From Raja brachyura (lineage: Eukaryota), in assembly GCA_963514005.1 (NCBI GenBank), contig OY740812.1, positions 11,718,001 through 11,782,000 on the forward strand: 64,000 bases of DNA. Reading direction: 5' to 3'. Below the pieces are notes generated by a model, which was not told the origin of the DNA, made no database searches, and worked only from the letters and a program-made list of their open reading frames with translations. The translations under genes were made by a program, and so were the position numbers. Below, piece by piece: positions 36,974 through 49,816 of the stretch; positions within the stretch are counted from its first letter, which is position 1, and each line of letters starts with the position of its first letter.

Positions 36974-39900
36974 ACTGATTTATTAGAACAATGGGGTAGG
37001 GGGTGGTGGGGATGCTTTAAACAAATTTTGCTGGGTTTGAGTACAGGAGAGCAGCATTGCAAATGGGTTTTCCAAAAGAGTGCGAGGAATAGCAATAGAA
37101 AAAAACAATACTACATTTTTAGATCGAACCAACATTAGAAAAAGTCAAAGTAGGTCTAAGATAGATTTTCAATGTATTTAAATAAATGTAAGAAATGTAT
37201 CAAACAAGGCTAGTGAGCTGAGGTTGTAAATAATTTTGTGGGATTACAGGGCAATCATACTGAAAAAGGGCAGGATTGGTTTCAAAATATTTGAGCATAT
37301 GGTACCTTGACAGAGTAAATGCAAGGATGATGTTTAGAATCAGGGGGTATAGTGTTAGGGCAAAGGTTTTGACATTTAGGACAACGAGAAGTAATTTCAT
37401 GACCCAAAGTGTGATGAATCTTTAAAATTCTCTACTTGAGAGAGCTGTTCAGGCATTTTTGTTCGGAACCATAAATAGCTGGATTTATGGATATTAAATG
37501 TTCTAGTGGTATGGGTTAGTACAAAAAAAGTGGTGCAATGATCAACCATATACTTATTAGAGAGCTTTCCTCAAAAGGGCAGAATGGCTTCTATGTCTTA
37601 TGTTCTTTCGATCCATCGTGCTACATATCCTGACACAGACCTCTTTTATTCATTCCTCCCCTGCCCTTTTACCACATTCCGAAACATGTTTTATTTATCT
37701 TTAACTTTTGGGTTTTTAATTTGAAAGGTCATTGACTTGAAACCTTTTTTTCCTTCTCCGCATCTGCTGCCTAACTTGGTGAGTATTTCAACTTGTCCGG
37801 TTTTCCCCTCTGTTATAAAATACCCTGCACTAGTTGGGGTTCCTTGTTCCATTCCTCATACTACATTTTAGGCAATGAAGGCTAGGAAATTCTAAAACTG
37901 TAATATACGGACAGCATAAAGGAAAATAATTTCAATCAATTGAAAGGTCGATAACCAGAGAGCACAAATTTAAAATATTTGCCGAAGGATTCTAAGGTTA
38001 CATGTTTTAAATGCAATGAGTGGTTAGAAAATGGGATGCGCTGGCTGATGTAAGGAAATTCAATAGTAGCCTTCAAAGGGGATCTGAATAAGTAAAAGGA
38101 GAAAAAAAAAAATCAGAATGTGTGGAAATAGCTAATGAAAAAGATCAACAGGGAATAGAAGAATATAGATTATGGATAGGCAGATGAGATCAGTTTAGTT
38201 TGGTTTCATGCCCAGCACAAACATTATGGGTTGAAGAAGTCTGAAGAAGGGTCTCGACCCGAAACGTTCCTTCTCTGAGTTCTCTCCAGAGATGCTGCCT
38301 GGCCCGCTGAGTTTCTCCAGCATTTTGTGTCTATCTTCGATTTAAAACAGCATCTGCAGTTCCTTCCTACACATTGTGTGTGTTCTATGCTTTTATGTGC
38401 TGTTCTATGTTCGATGCTCTAACAGATCTACATAGCTGGTACAAACTTGATGGATCAAACATTGTCCCTTGTTCTATACTTTTCTGTGATTTTATAGAGC
38501 TCTTTTATCTTTAACCAATTTTTAATCTAACCCATTATTTCCCTATGTGGCTTGATGACAAAGTCATAAAACTTCTTTAAGGATTGCTGGAAAGTTTTAT
38601 TATATTAAAAGAGCATTATAAATGTATGTTAGACTAAAATGCTGGAGAAACTCAGCGGGTGATGCAGCATCCATGGAGCGAAGGAATAGGTGACGTTTTG
38701 GGTCGAGAGTTCCACTTTCTTGAAAATTGCTGCATCTAAAATCTTCCACTTCTAATTAAAAGTTTTGTACTTAAATGTTAATTCTTTCCCTCTTTGCACG
38801 AGTTTTCTGATCCACTAAGTATTTTCAGCATTACCTGTTTTCACTTCTATGTTATTGATGTTGGTTGGAGAATCAGAATACCGGCAAGAACTCCCATGTT
38901 TACCATCAGAGCAATGCCATGAATTATTTTATTTCCATCCAGCAGGGCGGGCTGGGTCAGTTTAAAATTTTCACTGACAGAGGTACTTCTGTTTGTCCAA
39001 TATTTTCTTAATGTTTTCCTTAAGTGCTAGAATGAGTGGTTACCAGGGACTTCAGGAAAATAATTAATTTGTTAATGTAAGAGACTGCTCTAAATTAATT
39101 GACCTTTGGTTTCACAGTTTATGATATCACCAAGTTTTTTTATTGTATACGTATCACAATGGATTCATAGACTTCTTACATTGAATACAGACACACAAAA
39201 ACTATGCACACAGGTTGTGAAATGTGTAGCTGGCAGTACAACACTGTGAAATATAGCATTATCAAGGTTATTGCTTTTGTACTTATCACCAAAGGTCAAT
39301 GGTTTATTATTTTCCATATTAGATGTAGAATGCAATACGATTATTTTTTACTCATGCATTTATTTTAATAATGCATTTATAAAGATTATTTAATGAAAAC
39401 ACTTACATTTTTAAATTCAACCAGCTCTTTTTGTGCTGAAGTATTCAGTGAGTAGAAATGGTAAAGTATACATGTGCAATGTTCATGTGCTACTGAACCT
39501 TCAACAATTCTGAGAAACAACAATGTTTTTAGTATAAATAATGAAGAGTTCAAAAATAGAACTGTTGAGTACATCATAGCTTTATCAAATATGGTCAATG
39601 TTACTGACAAATTCTGTCCCAAGTGAGACTTGTGCAGTGAGGAATTGACTTAGCCACATCTGCAGAAAATGGACAGATCAAATGAAAGGCAATGTTAATA
39701 GCGCAATAAGGAGGGAAATACTGATGAACACAGTGGGATGAATTTATGGTATGATTCTAGGATTCTGTTAAAGAATATTCATGGCACAGATGAAGGAGGG
39801 TTTGAGAGATTTAACCAACTTCAAAATACCATATCATCAATCTAATCAATATGTACTTTCCCATAGTACATGATCTGATCTACTATCAAATCTTTCAATA

Positions 39901-40844
39901 CATATACCCAGCTATCTTGAACTTGCTAAAATTCACTGCCTGACTCACTCTATTGGTACTACATTCCATAAATTCACTACCTAATACTGAATATTTAAAT
40001 CAATACCTCATTTTCATCCCGTTATAATTGCTAAACATTTCTAAAAAATATATGCAACTATAATGAACATATTTGTATTGCTACTGTCAGCTGATTTTTG
40101 TAAGCTGTGATAGATAGTTGTTGGACCACAAGAATTAAAGGGATCAGGCAGGAGAATGGAAGTAAGATCAGCCTTTATCTTACTGACCGCCACAGCAGAC
40201 AAATGGCATTGGGTGGCATTTTCTTGCTCTTAATTCTACTTTTCTTATAGTCACATTTGCAGCAGCTTCTCTTCCCAACCCTTACATCTGGGTAGGCATT
40301 GGTCAGGATAGTGGGATGAACATACATGAAACAGTACATAGGATTTTATATGTCAATCAGATTCTTATTAAATATTATGTCGAGGAAGGAACTGCAGGTT
40401 GCTGGTTTAAACTGAAGAAAGACACAAAAAGCTGGAGTAACTCAGCGGGACAGGCAGCATCTGTGGAGAGAAGGATTTGCGTGACGTTTCGGGTCGCGAC
40501 CCTTCAGACTAGCGTCATTTCATATTTTCTAATTCAATACAAGGAGGACATTTGGTCCAACATGTCAGTGCTAGCCCTGAGAGTACAACTATCATTCCTA
40601 TTCCTCCATATATCTGCCAACAATCAATTCTCTTCCAAATGCCCATCGATTCCCACCCATTTCCTCTAATTCTTCTTCTTCCACCCACTCACACTAAGGG
40701 CTATTTACAGCAGCCAATTAACTAACCACGATGTAGGAGGACACCGAAACACCAGGGGGAAACTCACACAGCCAGAGGGAGAAAGTGAAACATCACACAA
40801 ACAGCACCCATGGTGCAGATACAACCTGGATTGCTTGAGAGCTA

Positions 40845-43253
40845 CAGGGCCCTCCATAATATATTTGGTGCAAAGCTCCATCATTTATTAATTTGCCTTT
40901 GCACACAATTTGAGATTTGTAATAGAAAAAATCACATGTGGTTAAAGTGTACATTGTCAGATTTTAATAAAGACCATTTGTTTACATTTTGGTTTCACCA
41001 TGTAGAAATTACAACAGTGTTTATACATAGTCCCCCCATTTCAGGCCACCATAATGTTTGGGACACAGCAATGTCATGTAAATGAAAGTAGTCATGTTTA
41101 GTATTTTGTTGCATATCTTTTGCATGCAATGACTGCTTGAAGTCCGCGATTCATAGACATCACCAGTTACTGGGTGTCTTCTCTGGTGATGCTCTACCAG
41201 GCCTGTATTGCAGCCATCTTTAGCTTATGTTTGTTTTGGGGGCTAGTCTCCTTCCGTTTTCTCTTCAGCATATAAAAGGCATGCTCAATTGGGTTCAGAT
41301 CGGGTGATTGATTTGGCCACTCAAGAATTGACCATTTTTTAGCTTCAAAAAACTCCTTTGTTGCTTTAGCAGTATGCTTGGGATCATTGTCTTGCTGTAG
41401 AATGAACCCCCGGCCAATGAGTTTTGACTTGAGACTGACTTGAGCAGATAGGATGTGTCTATGCACTTCAGAATTCATTATGCTACTACCATCAGCAGTT
41501 GTATCATCAATTAAGATAAGTGAGCCAATACCTACAGAACCCATACAGCAGCAGGCCATAACACCACCACCACGTTTCACAGATGAAATGTTATGCTTTG
41601 GATCTTGGGCGGTTCCTTCTCTCCTCCATACTTTGCTCTTGTCATCACTCTATATGTTAATCTTCGTCTCATCTGTCCACAAGACCTTTTTCTAACCTGT
41701 GGTTGCTATTTTAAGTACTTCTTGACAAACTGTAACCTGGTCATCCTATTTTTGCAGCTAACCAGTGGTTTGCATCTTGCAGTGTAACCTCTGTATTTAT
41801 GTTCATGATGTCTTCTCCGGACAGTGGTCATTGACAAATCCACACCTGACTCCTGAAGAGTGTTTCTGATCTGTCGGACATGTGTTTGGGGATTTTTCTT
41901 TATTAGAGAGAGAATTCTTATGTCATCAGCTGTGGAGGGCTTCCTTGGCTTGCCAGTCCCTTTGCGATTGGTAAGCTCACCAGTGCTCTCTTTCTTCTTA
42001 ATGATGTTCCAAATAGTTGATTTCAGTAAACCTAAAGTTTGGCGGATGTCTCTAACAGTTTTATTCTTGTTTCCCAGTCTCATGGCACAACTTTAGTCCT
42101 CGTGTTGATAAGCAGCAATGAAAGTTTCCAAAGGTGATGGAAAAACTGGAGGAAAGACAGGCACGGAAATCGCTTTCAAAACATGGGGGGGACTGGGGGA
42201 CTCAATTTCTTGACGGCCACGCACGCATGTGCACACTCACACACGCACACACACACACACACGCGAGCCTTCGGAGGCTTCAGCCGTGGGCCCTGTGGAT
42301 GGTAACGGGTGACGGCTGTCGCTCAAAAGTGGGACAGGCCCTCTAATTTCCCATCGAGTCCAACTCCCACTAGTCGAAATGCAGGTGTTTTGTGATAAAA
42401 GCATTGAAGCTTTTTCCGAAGGTGGATTTCCTTCTGAAATGTAGCAAACTGTATTGATCGTGATTGACTCCAGGTGGCTATTTTATTTAAAGAGTTAAAA
42501 TGTAATGGTAAGTATTATAAATGGCACATATAAAAGAAAGCTAACACACCAATGAAGAAACCATCATTGTTGGTATAATTTTCAGTAGCACTCATCACCT
42601 GTTTGTCTTCTGGTTTAGTTGTGAACAGGTATGTTGTTGTCCTGTGGATCGCTGAAAGAAATTACCTGTTAAATTGAATGTGATTCAATCAGGAACAACT
42701 TTTATAAAGCATGAATTGCTACATTATTATATGCATACCATTCAGTTTCTGGAAAGTTAGTTTGCCACCAGTGTCGTGGAATCATACGGAGAAAAATCAT
42801 GGGTGACGTTTCTGGTCGGGACCCTTCTTCAGACCCCAAGTCAACCACTAGAGCTGCTGCCTCACAGCGCCAGAGACCCGGGTTAAATCCTGACTTTGGG
42901 TGCCATTTGTGTGGAGTTTGTCCATTCTCCCTCTGACCATGTAGGTTTTCTCCTGTTCAAACAAGGGTCCCGACTCAAAACGTCACCCATCCTTTCCACC
43001 CCTGAGGTTACTTTCCACCCCTGAGGAAATACTAGGTGCTGAGAGCTCTCTTATACCTGTATTAAGGAGGCAATTAAACTCTGAGCAATTACAACGACCT
43101 GTGAAGCCATGTGTCCCAAACATTATGGTGCCTTGAAATGGGGGGACTATGTATAAACACAGCTGTAATTTCTATTACAAATCTAAAATTGTGGAGTACA
43201 GAAGTAAATAAATAAATGCTGGGTCTTTGTCCCAAACATTATGGAGGGAACTG
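40845..43253 (-). mobile_element. Complete but defective Tc1 transposon (IR/DR type) with a nested insertion
   Basis: TA on both flanks, CAG..CCCTCCATAAT termini, internal direct repeat CATAATGTTTGGGACA. Transposase pieces: 41706-42083 (HTH, GKPRK) and 41194-41580 (QQDNDPKH, WPNQSPDLNPIE). Confidence 0.92.
42158..43023. mobile_element. hAT-like non-autonomous element nested in the Tc1
   Basis: Termini CAGGCACGGAAA / TTTCCACCCCTG; 8-bp TSD AGGAAAGA (42150-42157) / AGGAAATA (43024-43031). Confidence 0.7.
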
Positions 43254-45089
43254 TATGTGCCAACAGCACTAACAAATGTGCTGGAGTGCTGCACCATCTG
43301 AAAGACAGCACCTCCAATAGTGCTGTACACAGTATCCTGCAGGAACATCAACCTGGATATTTTTGCAAGATAAACAACATTTGTAATTCCCCATCTGCTC
43401 CCTGAACATTACAAACTAAAAATAAACTGCAGCACAGGGAATATCAACACATTATTGTCCCATACTGCATTAATCATTAGCCAAATGCAGATAATGATAT
43501 GACAGCTGAAGCGTTATAAAGGCAAAGGCTAGTAAAGATTGAAGTCAGCATATGTATTGCAAGTACCTTTCTTGAGTTACCTGGAGGTATACTTAACCTG
43601 TCAAGTAAGAAATGGCCATAGAAACATGTTAGGAGTAGATTGGTTAGATGGTTAATATGATGCTGTCACCTGTAATTCAGGAGTGCCTAAAAACACATGT
43701 GGAGATTCTAGGGTAGATCTAAATGAATGAATGAACTCACTGCTTTAAATCATTTCTTTTCATTGGGTAACACCAATGGCAAATGTCAACTTGCCTGATC
43801 AACAAAAATTTCATTGCATCCCCTATTATATTGTCATATAAATCAATTGGCATTTTGGTAATGTGTCACTTGCAAACCACAGGAACAGGTACTTAATACG
43901 TGCTATTGGAGGTTATGTGCTATTCTATAGCCTTGAAAAGAGTCTAGAGATTGTTTTAAAATGAACAGTACAGAAAGAAGGAGGATGAATTGGGGCAGAG
44001 GAGTGGGAAACGCAGCCATATTGAACAATTACGGTATGCAGTACTATTGTGTTTTTTGTAAATTGGTTGAAATAACTTTGTTAGAAATGTTGTGGTCACT
44101 TATATGTTGACAAGCATGTTTAAATATAGAAGTTTTATGCTCTTGTACCTGCTTGTGTTTTTGTGAGTGCCATAATTCTGACTTGTAATTCCCCAGTGTA
44201 CATCTGGCAGGCTGGTGCAATTTTAGCCAACTCTGGGCTAAATGCAGCTACTCGCTGTCTGGTGGGTAATGTTGCTGATGACTAAATTCTACAGATGATA
44301 AAATGGTAAAAACAGAAAATGTTTGCAAAAATTTTAACAAACCCTGTTTGAGATACTATGACCAGCAATAATAATAATGTCATAGGTAGAAACTATAAAC
44401 CACATGTAGACAGAAAATGCTAGAATAACTTGGGTGAGGTAGCATCTCTGGAAAGAATGGAATGGGCGATGTTTCGGGTCGAGACCCTTCTTCAGACTGA
44501 TAGAAACCGCATGATGGATCATGAATTTGAATCTTTGTCTCTCCACAGATACTGCCTGACCTGCTGAGTATTTTCTGTTTTATTTTCAGGTTTCCAATAG
44601 CTGCAGTGTTTAGCATTTTCATTACTATTTCAATGCTGAATTTGTTAACCAGAGGACTTCATTAAAGATGCTAGAGAATTCTGCTGTAGGAAGTCCAATT
44701 TTCGGAAGAAAATTTGAGAGCAGGAATCACTACTGTTCAGAAGACCATGATTTTGTGCCACATCTGAGTTTTTAATCTTCAAATGCCCCATTTCCTTGAA
44801 AAGATATCATGCTGTTTTTGCAAAATCTTCCAAATGTACTGATAAGATAATCAGAACAACATTAGAGTCCTCTTAGTCAACATCTGCAGCATCAATGTCT
44901 GAATTAGACTCTTATCAACTTAATTAATCAAAACACATTGTTTATATGCCTGACACCAAATCACTGAAACAAATACTAAACTTTATGTGAAAGTGAATGA
45001 AAACCAAAACAAATTAGCAGAAACTGGAAGTCTGAAAGAAAAAATAGAAAATGGTGGAAACACTCAACAAGTCAGCAGCAAGCATGGAA

Positions 45090-45268
45090 AGATGGCTATA
45101 TTTAAGAGGGAGTTAGATGTGGCCCTTGTGGCTAAAGGGATCAGGGGGTATGGAGAGAAGGCAGGTACAGGATACTGAGTTGGATGATCAGCCATGATCA
45201 TATTGAATGGCGGTGCAGGCTCGAAGGGCCGAATGGCCTACTCCTGCACCTATTTTCTATGTTTCTAT
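45090..45268 (+). mobile_element. CR1 3' end
   Basis: Nearly identical to 9770-9950. Confidence 0.85.
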
Positions 45269-45599
45269 CACCTCAGAACTGGAATAGAAGTAAGTCATCC
45301 TCCATCCAGAAAGACCGCTGAAGAGGAAGATCATAGTGTCATAAGTTATAGGAGCAGAATTAGGCCATCCAGCCCATCAAGTCTACTCCACCATGCAATC
45401 ATGGCTGATCTATCTCTCCCTCCTAACCCCATTCTCCTGCCATCTCCCCATGACCCTTGACACCCATACCAATCGAATACATTAAAAATAACTTAACGTA
45501 CAGAATATATCTTTATGTTTAAATGTGTTTAAGTGAATCATTCATATCCAGGATGGTTGGCATCCTCCTGGCAGGAGGCGCTGCTTCCATTGATCACCT

Positions 45600-45880
45600 C
45601 CAGGCAACTTCAATGCCACCTTCAGACTGCCCCGCCCCTTCCGTTCCCATTGGCCAGACGATATGAATATTCAAGATCATTATCATATTATAATCCTATT
45701 TACCAAATTCATTGGCTATTCGCACCGTCGGTCATTGCGTCTTTGCATTCGGATTGGTTGAGAGGAACGTCAATCGGAGCAAGGGGAGGAGAGAAAGGAG
45801 TGGAGCGAGATGATTGGTTGCTAGGGGTGGGTGGGCTGGTACGCGGCGGCGGATCCGGTCCCGCCCCTCGCGCCCGGCTG
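45600..45880 (+). promoter_or_regulatory. CpG-island promoter with reverse CCAAT boxes and GC boxes
   Basis: ATTGG at 45649, 45711, 45753 and 45813; CCGCCC at 45632 and 45861; CpG-dense 45840-45960 and 46180-46345 in an otherwise CpG-depleted window. Confidence 0.8.
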
Positions 45881-46205
45881 CTGGCTGGCTCGCGGCGCTG
45901 GAGGTTGGAGCGCGCGGCTGCAGCGCTGAGAGTCGTTGAGGTGCCCGGCGCTCTCGGGATTCAATGAAGTGAGGTTGAATATCGGACTGCAAAAGCTGGC
46001 AAGAGAAAGAAAAAAAAAATAGCAGTACATAATAGCCGTTGTGTTATTGGTTATCTTGTTTTTGTCAAAGAGAGAAGGAATTATATATATGTATATATAT
46101 ATATTTTACACATATAAATATATTTAAAAAGAAAGTCGGCACCGACATCTGAGGCGAGGCTTGGATAGTGCAATCTGCCGGGGATGGCAGGGTCGAGAGC
46201 CGGGA

Positions 46206-46290
46206 ATGGCGGCCTGCTCCTCACCCGCTAGTGAACGAGGGTTCCTCCGGCGCCGCCGACACACGGCGAGACCGGCGCAGTCCGCTCGAG
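46206..46290 (+). CDS. Probable first coding exon of a host gene (MAACSSPASERGFLRRRRHTARPAQSAR-G, phase-1 donor)
   Basis: ATG in GGA-ATG-G context inside the CpG island; strong donor GAG|GTAAGA at 46290/46291. Gene not confidently identified; weak resemblance to the atlastin-2 N-terminus. Confidence 0.55.
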
Positions 46291-49200
46291 GTAAGAGAGA
46301 ATATAAAGAATGTAACGCACAGCAGCGGCTGCGAGCAACAGACGGCAGCAGGTTTCACCCGTGTTTGTAATTCCATTCCTCACTCTCAAGTGTGTTTTGG
46401 ATATAAACGATGTGTTTGAATGGTGTATAAATAGAACAAAGTCATTGCATTGCGCTGGGAACGAGAATGCATCATTGGTATTGACATTTGGCAAGCTCTT
46501 AATCGTGGCGTTGTGTTTATAGATAGCGCCTCCCATCATATTTTGCAATATTGTGAGCTGAGATACAGGTATTTTATATAATTTGTAGCCTGAGCAAGAC
46601 CAGAGATGGTAGGCTTTAATTTATTTGTGTGTCTTGCATGAAAACAAAAGAAGGATGTACGTGTGTTACTATTATCAGATGAATCATTACTCCGAGATGC
46701 TGAAGTCTTTCGGTGCGGAGACATTGGTACTAGTCTGAAGAAGGATCTCGACCCGTAACGTCACCCATTCCTTCTCTCCAGAGATGCTGCCTGTCCCGCT
46801 GAGTTACTCCAGCTTTTTGTGTCCATCTTTGGTTTAAACCAGCATCTGCTGTTACTTCTTACACACTGTACTAGGATTGACGTTTTGAGAAGGACGTGAG
46901 ATTGTTCTGTGATCCTCAGGAAAATAGGATTTCGTGGGAGAACCATGGTGTGGTCTGATATTTATAGACGTAAAATGTGTGCAATCCGTTCCTGTGGTTT
47001 CATATTTAAAAACATTTATTGTTTTTAGAAGACATGATCATTTACGTTAAACCCTGGATAATGGAAGGGTAAGCTTGGCAAGAAAAATGATTTTCTGGTG
47101 TGTCTGAGATGATTGAAATGATGTCAGTTGACGTGGTTTTCAAACAGTGTTTTGCATCCTGTCCTCCTGGAAAATGGCCTGATGAAAATAAGAATGATTC
47201 ATAAATGTCATAAATCTTTTGAATTCTACAATGATGTACAAGTTCATTTGGTTTGCATTTTGCATTACTCTTTAGAAAAACAACAGATACAGTCTTTAAC
47301 TAAAATACCAAAGCTAAATGTGTGCAGAATTTAATTGTCAACCACATGAATATTTATAAATATCGAGTTAGTTGCTTGGGAAGTGGAAGTGCAAAGGTGC
47401 TTAAAAGTAGTCAAGAGTGTTTTTTGTCACACACTGGATGAATGGGAACTATTGAAATTCTTGTAGCTTTACAGGCACATTATATTTCATGTTGTTACAT
47501 CTACAATACATTATCAGTAGTAGTATAATTATCTGCGATCTATTTGTTTACAATCCTGTTTGGATTGTTTAGTAAATATTAATTAACTGGTAACACTGGT
47601 TGACTATAATATTGACAGTACAGGTTGAGTTAAGAATAAAGTAAAAACGGATGTCATGGAAATATTTTCGATTTATTTCATTCCCAACCTTGCAATCTGT
47701 TCATTGCTAGGTACTTGCATCTGATCAAAGATGAGGAATAGCTTAAGGGATAATAATCTTTGTGGACTAATAAAATACAAACTTAATCACTGTTTGATTC
47801 AATACTAGACAAAAAGAGGGCAGGAAGGTTACTTCAGATGGAAGAGTAGATGGGAAGAATGTGTCTGTGCTCATTATTGTTTTTTGATTATACATGGAGA
47901 TTCATGTTTGGCAGCTATTTTTATGGAATACCTACCCCATGTACAGAAAGCCCAAAGCAAGCTTTCAAATATATAACGTGGACGAAAGGGTCATATTTAG
48001 GGATTTAGATGAGACTGTTGGTATGATATGTTTTGCACCTGGGGCAAAGTGATTGGGAAGAGTAAGCCTGCAATATTAAATATAGCAATGCAAACATAAT
48101 CTGGACATAATGATCAGTCTGAAGGGTCTCGACCCGAAACGTCACTCATTCCTTCTCTCCAGAGATGTCCCGCTGAGTTACTCCAGCATTTTGTGTCTAC
48201 CCTGGACATAATGTTGCTTGGCCTGCTGAAACTATCAGTCATATCCAATACTACAATTACACCTTGTCTACGTTATATGAGGCGGTTCTGGCTTTGGACA
48301 AGCAAATCACTATTAGGTTGCTGCCATAGATCAGGTAGCTGAATTACAGGATCTAATTAAGTGATGAATGTTAGGAGAGTCATTTGAAGAATACAAGATT
48401 TTTTTGTTATGTGTGTCTCAAAGAGAAATTGCAATCTCCTTATCCTTTATTTTTAGTCGGGAAAAGCAACAGATTTTAGTGATGTGAATCTTTTTTTTAT
48501 TTGTTTATGGGTTCTGAGCATTATTAGTAAGGCCAGCATTTATTGACTGTTAGCTAGGGGGTTTCATAATTTTAAGACCAGTGGGATATAGTCTGAATGG
48601 TCTTTTGGAGAGTAAACTGGGAGGTGCTGGTCCTTCCAAGCTTCAAATGACTTTGGGCATGGTGGTAGAATCATACTGCTTGGGAGGAACTGTTGAAATA
48701 ATTTGAATGAGTACTATAGTACATTTTATAGATGGTACACACTGCTGCTGGTTCTTTAGTGGTGGACCAAGGAGTCAAGAAGACTTGGCTATACGGCGGG
48801 CAGCAGTGGATGTGGAAGAGATGATGTGGCTCATGGTGGATTCTCATTGCAGCTGACAGATATGAGAGAGCGTTGTGTGCAGGATGCGGAGGCTAGTGGG
48901 GTAATAGGTGTAGTCTGATGGGAGCTTTATCGCTTTTCTGTTTGGAGAGAGATGAAGAGAGAGCAGAAATCTGAAAAACGGGTAATGCGAGAGATACCCG
49001 TGCTGGAATCTGATTGGTAAGGAAGGAGGTGACGGGATTCATTATGGGAGAGATGAATGGCCGGTGAAACCAGAACCAGGTATGGTTACCCAGGAACCTA
49101 GCAGAGTTGGAAGCTAGACAAAAATGCTGGAGAAACTCAGCGGGTGAGGCAGCATCTGTGGAGCGAAGGAATAGGTGATGTTTTGGGTCGAGACCCTTCT

Positions 49201-49784
49201 TCAGACATAGTTGGAAAGTCTGTCTACATTCATAATTGTAGTTACCCTTGTTTTTCTCTGAGCCATTTATAGTTGCAGTAAACATATTCTCAAAAAGGTT
49301 TCATTTAGAGAATTGTGCGATAATGGTTCAGAGATTTATTTAGAATTTTGTACACACAAAATGTGGAGTGTATAGAAGTTGAAGGCAGTGGATTGGAATA
49401 ACAAACAGTAAACTATAGCAACAGTATACCTTGTTGAGGTGTTGAGCTCCTTCGGTTGGTTGTATCTGCATCTATCTAGGTAAATGTAATTATTCCTCCT
49501 TGATTTTGATTTGAACTATGATGCGAGTGGCAGAGGTGTTAGACTGAGGAAATAAAACCGTGGTCTCAACAGTCAGCCACTGACTTAATCTTGAAAGTTG
49601 CAGTGTTAATATGGCTGCTTTGTTAATGGTTAATGGTAACACTGAAAATATTAATGTTGTATGTTTGTGAATATTTATGGGAGATAGTTAATTCTCACAT
49701 TATTTGGCATATGGATCAAATATACATCATCAACTTTACTAATAAGTTTCACCCTGCCCTCAAATTCACATGGACTATCTTTGA

Positions 49785-49816
<32 letters not shown>

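Noticed and set aside
45533-45967. 144-aa ORF over the CpG island
   Set aside because: Non-ATG start, spans the promoter boxes and has no recognisable domain; expected by-product of high GC.
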